From Octopus sinensis (lineage: Eukaryota): DNA of 64,000 nucleotides. The position numbers and the translations under genes were made by a program. Shown here one piece after another: positions 53,330 through 64,000 of this stretch. The notes beneath the pieces were generated by a model, which was given only the letters and a program-made list of their open reading frames with translations, had not been told where the DNA came from and made no database searches. The DNA is taken from NCBI RefSeq assembly GCF_006345805.1, contig NC_043020.1:20646001-20710000 (forward strand). The letters run 5' to 3'. Position 1 is the stretch's first letter. Every line of letters begins with the position of its first letter.

Positions 53330-53870
53330 AATCAAATCAAATCGAACCAAATCGAAATAGATGAACATCAATGGAATTTGTATCCTTGTGGTACCAGTGC
53401 CGGTGGCACATAAGAAAACCATCCGAACGTGACCGTAGCCAGTACCGCAACGACTGGCCTCCGTGCTGAGGGCACGTAACAAACACCATCCGAGCGTGGC
53501 CGTCCGCCAGCCTCGTCTGGCACCTGTGTCGGTGACACATAAGAAAACACCATCCGAGCGTGGCCGTCAGCCAGCCTCGTCTGGCACCTGTATCGGTGGC
53601 ACATAAAAAACACCATACGAGCGTGGCCGTCTGCCAGCCTCGTCTGGCACCTGTGTCGGTGGCACATAAAAAACACCATCCGAGCATGGCCGTCTGCCAG
53701 CCTCGTCTGGCACCTGTGTCGGTGGCACATAAAATCACCCACTACACTCTCGGAGTGGTTGGCATTAGGAAGGGCATCCAGCTGTAGAAACACTGCCAGA
53801 CCCCAGTTGAACCGTCCAACCCATGCTAGCATGGAAAGCGGACGTTAAACGATGATGATGATGATGATAC
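53330..53870 (+). mobile_element. Solo RTE 3' UTR with ~5 tandem 62-66-bp units
   Basis: Units GTGTCGGTGGCACATAAAAAACACCATCCGAGCGTGGCCGTCTGCCAGCCTCGTCTGGCACCT; (GAT)n tail. Confidence 0.9.
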
Positions 53871-53954
53871 AAACATTATACATATATATACATACATATA
53901 GTACATATATATATACATATATATATACATATATACATATATATATACATATAT

Positions 53955-56060
53955 ATATACATACGTATAGTTAACCAGGTGATACACGAAGGAGTCATTC
54001 CCAATGACTGGTGTAGCAGCATAATAGTCAACTCCTACAAAGGTAAAGGTGACGCCCTAGATACAAATAACTACAGGGGTATCAAGCTGCTAGATCAGGT
54101 AATGAAGGTTACGGAGAGGGTTATAGCCCAACTAATTAGAGAGAGAGAGTTAGCCTAGATCAGATGCAGTTTGGGTTCGTGCCAGGGAAAAGTACTACTG
54201 ATGCTATTTTCCTGGTAAGACAGCTGCAGGAGAAATACCTAGCCAAAGACAAGCCCCTATACCTGGCTTTTGTTGATATGGAGAAAGCCTTCGACAGGGT
54301 TCCCCCGATCCCTTATCTGGTGGTCAATGAGGAAACTAGGGATAGATGAATGGTTAGTGAGAGCTGTACAAGCCATGTACAGAGACGCTGCTAGTAAGGT
54401 GAGGGTTGGCATCGAGTACAGTGAAGAATTCAGGGTAGAGGTTGGGGTCCACCAAGGTTCAGTCCTCAGTCCCCTCCTATTTATCATAGTCCTCCAGGCA
54501 ATAACGGAGGAATTCAAGACAGGATGCCCCTGGGAGCTTCTCTATGCTGATGACCTTGCTCTAATTGCTGAGTCTCTATCAGAACTAGAGGAGAAGTTTC
54601 AGGTATGGAAGCAAGGTTTAGAATCGAAGGGCCTTAGAATCAACCTAGCCAAAACCAAAGTCCTAATAAGTAGGAAGATAGACCAATCACAAACGCCTTC
54701 AGGTAGATGGCCCTGCTTGATCTGTAGAAAAGGCATACGTAGAAACTCTATAAGATGCACCAAATGTAAGCTATGGACACATAAGAGATGTAGTAATGTC
54801 AAAGGAAGACTAACTAGGAAAATAGTTTTTATCTGTGGCAGATAGACTCTGAAAATATGCAGAGACGAACTTCTACCACGTTCCAGGGAGAAAAACTAGA
54901 AGTAGTTGATAGCTTCCGCTACCTAGGTGACCAAGTCAGTAGCGGGGGCGGGTGTGCTGAAAGTGTAACTGCTAGAGTAAGAATAGCCTCGGCAAAGTTT
55001 AGAGAGCTCTTACCCCTGATGGTGACAAAAAGCCTCTCGCTCAAAGTAAAAGGCAGACTGTATGATGCATGTGTACGTACAGCCATGCTACATGGTAGTG
55101 AAACTTGGGCTGTGACTGCTGAGGATTTGCGTAAGCTCGCAAGAAATGAAGCTAGTATGCTCCGATGGATGTGTAATGTCAGTGTTCATAATCGACAGAG
55201 TGTAAGTACCTTGAGAGAAAAGTTGGACCTAAGAAGCATCAGTTGTTGTGTGCAAGAGAGACGTTTGCGCTGGTATGGTCATGTGACGAGAATGGCTGAA
55301 GATAGTTGTGTGCGAAAGTGCCACACCCTGGCAGTTGAGGGGACCTGTGGAAGAGGTAGACCCAGGAAAACCTTGGTCGAGGTGGTGCAGCACGAACTTC
55401 GAACTTTAGGTCTCACCAAGTAAATGACCAGAGACCGAGACCTATGGAAGTATGCTGTGCGTGAGAAGACCCGGCAAGACCAGTGAGAACAGTCAAAATC
55501 AAACCAAATCAATTCATATATCAGAAAGCAGAACCAAACTGAGGTCGATCAACATCAGTGGGATTTACAGCTATGGTTAAGCGAACCATCCGATCGTGGT
55601 CGTTGCCGGTGCCGCCCCGTCTAGCCTCCGTGTCGGTGGCACGTAAAAGCACCATCCGTCCGTGTCCGTTGCTAGCCTCGCCTGGCCCCCATGCTGGTGA
55701 CACATAAAAGCACCATCCGTTTGTGGCCATTTGCCAGCTCTGTCTGGCCCCCGTGTCAGTGACACGTAAAAGCACCATCCGTTTGTATCCTTTGCCAGCC
55801 TCGCCTGGCCCCCGTGCCGGTGACACGTAAAAGCACCATCTGTTCGTGGCCGTTTGCCAGCTCTGTCTGGCACCTGTGCGGGTGGCATGTAAAAAGCACC
55901 CACTACACTCACGGAGTAGTTGGCGTTAGGAAGGGCATCCAGCCGTAGAAACACTGCCAGATCTGACTGGGCCTGATGAAGCCTTCCAGCTTCACAGACC
56001 CCAGTTGAACCGTCCAACCCATACTAGCATGGAAAACGGATGCTAAATGATGATGATGAT
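53955..56060 (+). mobile_element. 5'-truncated RTE LINE, relatively young
   Basis: MQFGFVPGKSTTDAIF, VGVHQGSVLSPLLF, LLYADDL, YLG, RWYGHV (ORFs 54164-55423); UTR and tail. Confidence 0.95.
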
Positions 56061-56129
56061 ACATACATTATACATATATATAGCATGGAAAACGGACGCT
56101 AAACGATGATGATGATGATGATATATATA

Positions 56130-56438
56130 TCATCATCATCATCATTTAACGTCCGCTTTCCATGCTAGCATGGGTTGGACGGTTCAACTGGAGTCTGGGG
56201 AGCCCGAAGGCTGCACCAGGCCAGTCAGATCTGGCAGTGTTTCTACAGCTGGATGCCCTTCCTAACGCCAACCACTCCGAGAGTGTAGTGGGTGATTTTA
56301 TGTGCCACCGACACAGGTGCCAGACGAGGCTGGCGAACGGCCACGCTCGGATGGTGTTTTTTATGTGCCACCGACACAGGTGCCAGACGAGGCTGGCAGA
56401 CGGCCACGCTCGGATGGTGTTTTTATGTGCCACCGACA
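56130..56438 (-). mobile_element. Solo RTE 3' UTR, tail-to-tail with the preceding copy
   Basis: (CAT)n then reverse complement of the UTR; shares the GGGTGATTTTATGTGCC variant with the 53.3-kb copy. Confidence 0.9.
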
Positions 56439-56564
56439 CATACATACATACATTATACATATATATATACATACATACATTATACATATATACATACATA
56501 CATTATACATATATACATACATACATTATACATATAAATACACACACATACATTATAGATATAT

Positions 56565-57998
56565 ATGATGCTCCTGGGAGCTCCTCAATGCTGATGACTT
56601 TGCTCTAATTGCTGAGTCACTATCAGAACTGGAGGAGAAGTTTCAGGTGTGGAAGCTAGGATTAGAATCGAAGGGCCTTAGAATCAACCTAGCCAAAACC
56701 AAAGTCCTAAGTAGGAAGGTAGACAAATCACAAATGCCTTCATGTAGATGGCCCTGCTCGATCTGTAGAAAAAGCGTAGGTAGAAACTCTATAAGATGCA
56801 CCAAGTGTAAGCTATGGACACATAAGAGGTGCAGCAATGTCAAAGGAAGGCTAACTAGGAAGATGGTTTTTGCATGTGGCAGATGCTCAGGAGCAATAAA
56901 CACTGAAAATGCGCAGAGACCAACTTCCGCCACATTCCAGGGAGAAAAACTAGAAGTAGTTGATAGCTTCCGTTACCTAGGAGACCAAGTCAATAGCGGG
57001 GGCGGGCGTGCTGAAAGTGTAACTGCTAGAGTAAGAATAGCCTGGCCAAAGTTCAGAGAGCTCTTACCTCTGCTGGTGACAAAAGGCCTCTCGCTCAGAG
57101 TAAAAGGCAGACTGTATGATGCATGTGTACGTACAGCCATGCTACATGGCAGTGAAACATGGGCCATGACTGCTGAGGATACGTGTAAGCTTGCAAGGAA
57201 TGAAGCCAGTATGCTCCGATGAATGTGTAATGTCAGTGTTCATACTCGACAGAGTGTAAGTACCTTAAGAGAAAAGTTGGACCTAAGAAGCATCAGTTGT
57301 GGTGTGCAAGAGAGACGTTTGCTGGTATGGTCATGTGGCAAGAATGGATGAAGATAGTTGTGTGAAAAAGTGCCACACCCTAGCGGTTGAGGGAACCTGT
57401 GGAAGAGGTAGACCCAGGAAAACCTGGGACGAGGTGGTGAAGCACGACCTTCAAACTTTAGGTCTCACCGGGGCAATGACTAGTGACCGAGACCTTTGGA
57501 AGTACGCTGTGCGTGAGAAGACCCGGCAGGACAAGTGAGACCTGTGGCCTCTGTCTGGGATATAGCCAGCTCACTTATGCATACCTTTTCCTTCTTGGGA
57601 CACAAAACTCTACTTGTGAAGACCTGTTGAGACAAGTGAAATCGAAATCGATCAAAATCAATGGAAATTGTAGTTGTGATACCAATGCCGGTAGCACGTA
57701 AGAGAACCATCCGAACGTGGCCGTTGCCAGCACCGCTCTGACTGGCCTCTGTGCCACTGGCACATAAAAATACCATCCGATCGTGCCGATGCCAGCCTTG
57801 CCTGGCACCTGTGCCGGAGGCATGTAAAAAGCACCCACTACACTCATGGAGTGGTCAGCGTTAGGAAGGACATCCAGCTATAGAAACACTGCCAGATCAG
57901 ACTGGGCCTGGTGCAGCCTCCTGGCTTCCCAGACCCCAGTTGAACCGTCCAACCCATGCTAGCATGGAAAGCGGACATTAAATGATGATGATGATGAT
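56565..57998 (+). mobile_element. 5'-truncated RTE LINE
   Basis: ORF 56647-57222 and 57299-57538 motifs; UTR and (GAT)n tail. Confidence 0.93.
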
Positions 57999-58196
57999 AC
58001 ATATATACATTATACATATATATATATGTATATATACATGCATTATACATATATATATATATATATATATACATACATGCATTATACACATATATACATA
58101 CATGCATTATACATATATATATATATATATACATACATTATATATATATATATATATATACATACATTATATATATATATACATACATTATATATA

Positions 58197-60575
58197 TGTT
58201 AGTTAGTTAGTTAGTTAATTTGGCTCAAAAGCGAATAGCAAGGCCATGTAGGGGGACATGGAGTTAGGTACAGGGTGGTGTTCATGTAAAGAGTTCAGGC
58301 CACTTGAGGTCAAGGGAGGCTTTGAACAAAGCGGTCGTCGGCATCTTCACCATCTCGTCTGGCAGCTTGTTCCACGGATCCGCAACCCGGACGGAGAAAG
58401 CTCCTCTCCTTCGATTGAGATGAAATCGTCGCAGATAGAGCTTTTCGGAATGACCCTGCAGCCGACGCTCTGGAGCAGGAGTGAAGAACAGCTCTTTCAA
58501 GAGGTTACACTTTCCGCTTATGATGTTGTGGGCGAGAATGAGATCACCACAGCGGTGGCGTTTTTCAAGAGAATAAAGGTTGAGCGTCCTCAGCCTTTCG
58601 TCGTAGGACAAATTTTTGAGACCATGAACCATGCGGGTAGCCAGCTTCTGGACTCTTTCGAGATGCTGTATGTCTTTGAGGAGATAAGGAGAAGAGGCTT
58701 AAATCCCATACTCCAATATGGGTCTCACCAGCGTGACATAGAATGGTAGGAATATGGCTGCTGTGAGCATTCCGAATGACCGTCGAATCAAGAACAGAAT
58801 TCCGCATGCTTTGTTGGCAGCATGGACGCACTGGGCCGAAGGCGAAAAGGAGGAATCCACCAAGATACCTAGGTCCTTTACCTGATCGGTCCTCTCCAGC
58901 AGCAGACGACCCGGCTCGAAATCAAGTTGAGTTGCAGGAGTAGAGCCGACAGGCAGATGACAGCACTTTGACACGTTCAGACACAGGTCCCAATTGTTAG
59001 ACCACTTCCAAATTTGGTGGAGGCATCGACGAAGATCCTCTATATTACCGCGAGGAGCGACCAGTTTGATATCGTCGGCAAATAGAAGGGTGTGTTGCGT
59101 GAGGTCGTCTGGCAAGTCATTTATGAAGACTAAGAACAACAAGGGCCCAAGCACTGAACCTTGAGGCACGCCACTGCTCGCACTGGAGACGTCGGACCGC
59201 GAACCATTAACTTGGACTTGGAAGGAGCGATCTGAGAGGAAGGCGCCAACCCATCGTACAATATCCGGATGGAAACTATATGCTTGAAGCTTGACAAGCA
59301 ATAGGCGGTGGTTTACCGAGTCAAAAGCTTTGGCAAAGTCTAGTAAAACGATGTCAACAGCATCACTATCATCGAGGATGCGCGTCACCAATTCTTCCAT
59401 TACTAGTAGGTTGGTCAAGCATGATCTCTTCGGCACGAAGCCGTGTTGGGAATCAGAGATAGAGGCTGTGTTTAGGAGGTGGAGCATCATACTTTTCTTA
59501 AGGATGGTTTCGAACATCTTGCTGATAATTGATGTAAGGGAAACCGGTCGGTAGTTAAGCGGGTCTTCGCGGCTCCCTTTCTTGAAAATTGGGCAGATTA
59601 TCGCTGTTCTCCAGTCTGCAGGTATAACACCCGTCGCCAATGACATATTGAATAGTCGTGTTAAGGGCTCGCAGATGACCGGAGCCAACGCTTTGATAAC
59701 CCGTGGGTGTATGCCGTCAGGGCCGTGACCTTTGTTGACATCAAGGCCTTGAATAACACGTTTGACTTCGTCCCGCGTGATGACCAATCGAAGCATTGGA
59801 GGTACCGATCTATCAAATGGAGGGGGTTCACGACCATCATCTTGTTTGAAAATAGTTGAAAAAGCCTCGGCAAATAATTGACTCTGTTGATAAGGGTCCT
59901 CAATCGATACGCCTGTTGAGTCTACCAACGTTGCAATCTGGTTGTTCAAGCGGGAATTCCGCTGGACATGGGCAAAGAAGGTTTTTGGATTGCTACTGGC
60001 ATTTGCCGCGATTTTGTATTCGTAACTGAAGCGTTCTTTCTTTTCAATTTTCACGGCTCGGTCTCGTTGAGTTTTGTACACCTCAAAAGCTGCAATCGAA
60101 TCCAGATTTTTGAATTCAGCCCAAGCAATATCTCTGAGTCGACGTTCTCGTTTAACCCTCTTCGTCACCCAGGGCTTGTGTTTCTTCCTCTTGGGAAGCC
60201 CAACGGGAACTGCCTGGTCAGTCAAACAGATTACATATGCTTTGAGGGATGACCATAGTTCGTCAACTGAGGACAACGTCATCAGGGATCGCCAGTCCAG
60301 AAGCGCGGAAGCCTCGGTTAGAATTTCAAGATTAATTGCAGAGAAGACTCTACGTGGCAGCGAAGTAGTCGTGGGCGTAGAAAAAGTTGTGTGCATGACG
60401 AACTTCAGGACCGCATGATCACTCTTGGCAAGAGGGGCGCACACAGATACGTCTGACACTGATCTTGGATAGCGGGAGAATACCAGATCTAGCATAGATG
60501 GCTGCTGCCCAGACCGATGCCTTGTCGGATATTCAACATGTTGCGATAGCAAACAATCTTCAGCCACGTCAAGAA
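58197..60575 (-). mobile_element. Young CR1-type LINE, 5'-truncated within the endonuclease; ORF intact except one nonsense codon
   Basis: ORF 60612-58699 (PTR, LDLVF, SDH, YRPVSLTS, LDFAKAFDSVNH, GVPQGSVLGPLLF, LFADDIKL) continues in frame after one TAA (58699-58701; GI*ASSPYL) to 58282; (TAAC)n tail. Confidence 0.95.
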
Positions 60576-60756
60576 TATAAATATATACAAGTATATAAAT
60601 ATATACATACATTATCTATATATATACATACATTATCTATATATATATATACATTATCTATATATATATATATACATTATCTATATATATATACATACAT
60701 TATCTATATATATATACATACATTATCTATATATATATATATATACATACATTATC

Positions 60757-60791
<35 letters not shown>

Positions 60792-60957
60792 TATATATAC
60801 ATACATTATCTATATATATATATACATACATTATCTATATATATATATACATACATTATCTATATATATATATACATACATTATCTACATATATATATAC
60901 ATACATTATCTATATATATACATTATCTATATATATACATTATCTATATACATATAT

Positions 60958-61161
60958 CATCATCATCATCATCATCATCATTTAACGTCCGTTCTCCATG
61001 CCAGCATGGGTTGGACGGTTCGACCGGGGTTCTGGGAAGCCAGAAGGCTGCACCAGGCTCCAGTCTAATCTGGCAATGTTTCTACAGCTGGATGCCCTTC
61101 CTAACGCCAACCACTCCGTGAGTGTAGTGGGTGCTTTTTACGTGCCACCTGCACAGTTACG

Positions 61162-61167
<6 letters not shown>
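60958..61167 (-). mobile_element. Solo RTE 3' tail
   Basis: (CAT)n plus reverse complement of the RTE UTR; a similar copy lies at 50575-50805. Confidence 0.9.
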
Positions 61168-61207
<40 letters not shown>

Positions 61208-61214
61208 GTATATA

Positions 61215-61700
61215 TATAATGTAAAAAAATACAAACTGGGACAAGAACCAAAACATTTAGAAGACGATACAAAAAACACGGACGGGACATTCGAAGCCTT
61301 CAATCTTCAGTCAAGAATCGTATCATCTTCGCAATTTCAGCTGATTAATCTTGAGATTGCTCCGATCTGGCCAGCCCCAAAGGAAAATTTAAGCCAAGCG
61401 CATTAGATTCCTTGGAAGAAAGCCTCGAATGTATATAAAACAAGGACAGAAAAACGGACGATGTTACACGAATAAGAATACAAAAATACGTAAAAACAAT
61501 AATGATAATAATAATAACAATAACCAGGCCGTCACAGACAGGTGTCTTTCGACAGGATGAGTAAACTTTGAGCTGGCGTGTTAGAAAAATGCCTTAGGGC
61601 AGAGAGAAAAAAAAAATGTGTCTTGCCCTGTCGACTGCTAAGCATGAAAGGCCAGCAATCGATCAGTCGGTCACGTGTGAGAAGAGAGAGGAAAAGAGGG
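61215..61700 (-). mobile_element. Probable Penelope-like pLTR fragment
   Basis: Contains CUGAAGA on the minus strand with a degenerate hammerhead-like context; family assignment is from recall only. Confidence 0.35.
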
Positions 61701-62025
61701 ACAGAGAAAAAAGGGGAAGAAGGAACAAAGGAGGAGGAGAAGAGAGAGAGAGAAAGAGACAGATCAAAATGGAGTGCAAAGTGTGAAAGGCAGAGAAATG
61801 TAGGAGAGGGGGGAAAGAGACAGTGTTATAGAGTCGTACCATATATATATGTGTGTGTGTGTGTGTGTTGTGTAAGATATAAGTTAGAGGTAATATAACC
61901 ATCTAAGGGATAGATGTATCCATAGGCACTCCTGGTGTATTACCTCAGTATGTATGGTCCTTGTTATAAGGTACACAGTAGTATGTAATATAAAACTTAA
62001 GCCATGTTTTAATGTATATAAAGAC

Positions 62026-62273
62026 AATAAGAAATGGAGCAATAAACAGTGAGAAGTGGATCGTTGGTGTCATAAAGTCATTATTTAATTAAGATGGGAG
62101 CATGTTTACAACTGTAATCGTTCCAATGAAGTCTATCAATTGCAACGAGTTAAATGCAAATTTACCCCAGCTTGATATACTGAAACAGCTGTAAACATAA
62201 TCTCATCTTAAATAATTAATGACTTTATAACACCAATAATCTACTTCTCACTGCTTATTGCTCCATTTCTTAT
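62026..62273. mobile_element. Foldback MITE with ~90-bp imperfect TIRs
   Basis: ATAAGAAATGGAGCAATAAACAGTGAGAAGTGGAT... is inverted relative to ...ATCTACTTCTCACTGCTTATTGCTCCATTTCTTAT. Confidence 0.8.
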
Positions 62274-63559
62274 CATCTACACAAATATATACACAGTATG
62301 TGTGTGTGTATATATTATATATATGTACATGCACTTTATGCACACAAACACACACATAGTGAACAGAGAGGGATATTATATCCAGGCAGGTACCATTCAA
62401 GCACGTAGTTATAATCCAGATTAAGGCTAACTGCATCAAGTTCAAATGAGCACCTAGAATTACTTGAGGTAAGCAATCCCATTGTATTTTATCTGATGGG
62501 TAAATCCTGGGTTTGCTTCTCTGGATAATGAATATTCAACAGAGTGTATATCCAATACAGTAACAATGAATATGGAGACTGCACATACAATTTTTTAATT
62601 ATTTCTACAGTCAATTGCAGCATATTTGATTTAAATTTGCCCAACACATGTTTCTGTTGTATAGATATCTAGCAATTGCATCTGCATCCAGTTACTTTCA
62701 ACTAGTGATTAGTCTATGTACCTTTATTCAAGGTCCATCCACTGAAATGGATTGAAACAAACTCGGTATATGTAGTTTTGACATGATATATTTTTGGAAA
62801 TTGACTACAGTTTTTTGAGTGCAAGGTGTATGAGAGGAAGGTTAGATAATCTGATATAACTATAAAGATTACTATGATGTTGACCCTCTGCTGACTTTAG
62901 ATTTGAATTTCCAGGCAAGAATTAATTAGGTCAGATTATACTTTTATAAAAATAAATGAACCTTAAGTAGAATGGGAATTAGTGAATTTAGATATTTCAT
63001 ACAGCTACTGGTCACTAGTTTAGATAAAATTAAGGCATGGCTATTTAAGTAAATAGAACTTACACTGTGGGATCAAGGTGAATATTTCTTTTTACAAATC
63101 AAGTTTTAATTTACGTGTAGTTTCTTTGCCCTATGTGTGTTGCAGGAATTTTCAACTATACAGTTCAAGGTATGGAAAATATTAATTACAACTTGAGAAA
63201 GGCAAACCAGATATATCATTGACATTTACCATATAAACCGAGGCACGACCTATTTTCACAGTGCCAATAGAATTAAAATCTTCTCTATGAAAATATTTAA
63301 AATGTCTTTTTGTAAAAGTGTGGACATCTTAGTCCTTGTTCGTTCCTACTACTGAGCAGCTGGTTTTGGACATGAAACTATGGAATATTTCTATGATGCA
63401 TTGATTTCATCACTTTTCCATAATTACGTAACGTTTAACCATGCCTATTATTTGTGTTCTATGTTAAAGTCAGTGTTTCTATCTTTAAGGACCAGATAAA
63501 CATACTTAAGCTTCCATTATGCATTTTCTGCCTATCTTGAAATGAAGCTAAATGATTTG

Positions 63560-64000
63560 CCTAGAAATTACTCTACACTATTATTATTATTATCATTGTT
63601 ATTAACAACGGTAATGTTAATAATAATAATAATAACAGTATTATTGTTGATAGTATTATTAGTTGTATTAACAATAATAATACTAATAATAATAGGAATA
63701 GTGTTGTTAGTGGTGGTAATAATAATAGTAACAACAATCACAGCAATAAAAACTTTGTTTCGATCTCGGAGGACAACCCCAACAGAATTAAATTTTTGTC
63801 TAATAATTCTAAGATTAAGAATTCTATATACCAGTGTAAAATTTCTTCCGGTACCGATGTCTTCTCCTATATAGGTGCGTCCACTTCCCAGTTATCCAAG
63901 AGAATTTCAAACCATTATTCATCATTTAGGGATAGTAAAACCAGATCTTCATTATTGAATCCTTAAAAGTTATACTTCAGAACAATTATTTCCTATTTGA
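63560..64000 (+). mobile_element. Penelope-like element GIY-YIG endonuclease fragment (runs to window end)
   Basis: After an (AAT)-rich linker: NSIYQCKISSGTDVFSYIGASTSQLSKRISNHYSSF. IY..YIG with 11-residue spacing, followed by the conserved R/H helix. Confidence 0.7.

Noticed and set aside
53397-53735. CRISPR-like regular repeats
   Set aside because: Units are contiguous with no unique spacers, lie in an RTE 3' UTR, and there are no cas genes; eukaryotic context.
58258-60418. Plus-strand ORFs overlapping the young LINE
   Set aside because: Antisense shadows of a GC-rich coding sequence.
61270-61330. Third hammerhead candidate (CUGAAGA on minus strand)
   Set aside because: Followed by GAAU rather than GAAA, with no clean stem III or proximal stem I; at best degenerate.
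62248-62445. Signal-peptide-like MQLALIWIITTCLNG
   Set aside because: Weak donor; the frame runs into (GT)n repeat; no corroborating exons.
63542-63874. Hydrophobic 110-aa 'membrane protein' ORF
   Set aside because: Alternative frame of the (AAT)-rich linker of the Penelope-like fragment.

Overview
Eukaryotic, AT-rich, repeat-dominated window. The SINE, RTE and MITE families and the long (TA)n/(CATA)n tracts look like an Octopus/coleoid cephalopod genome; this is inferred from recalled repeat families, not from a search. No host gene can be called confidently; only weak candidate exons exist on the minus strand near 23.2 and 25.5 kb. Nearly everything interpretable is transposon-derived: many RTE LINE copies (dense, mixed-orientation cluster at 50.5-61.2 kb), two old CR1-type LINEs, one young GC-rich CR1-type LINE with a single nonsense codon, an RT-deleted Ty3/Gypsy relic, nested mariners, Helitron pieces, Penelope-like fragments, SINE arrays and foldback MITEs. 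There is a 100-N gap at 26614-26713. Highlights: (1) a decayed Transib/RAG1-like transposase at 16.4-18.2 kb with a RAG1L-type C-terminal Cx2Cx3GH motif; (2) a well-formed minimal type I hammerhead ribozyme at 12198-12240 (-) plus a variant at 50.4 kb; (3) two recent local templated insertions (a 71-bp exact inverted copy with a 9-bp target duplication, and a ~325-bp capture into a foldback arm); (4) a 126-bp spacerless palindrome; (5) abundant inverted-repeat architecture that would give dsRNA if transcribed. All alignments were done by eye.
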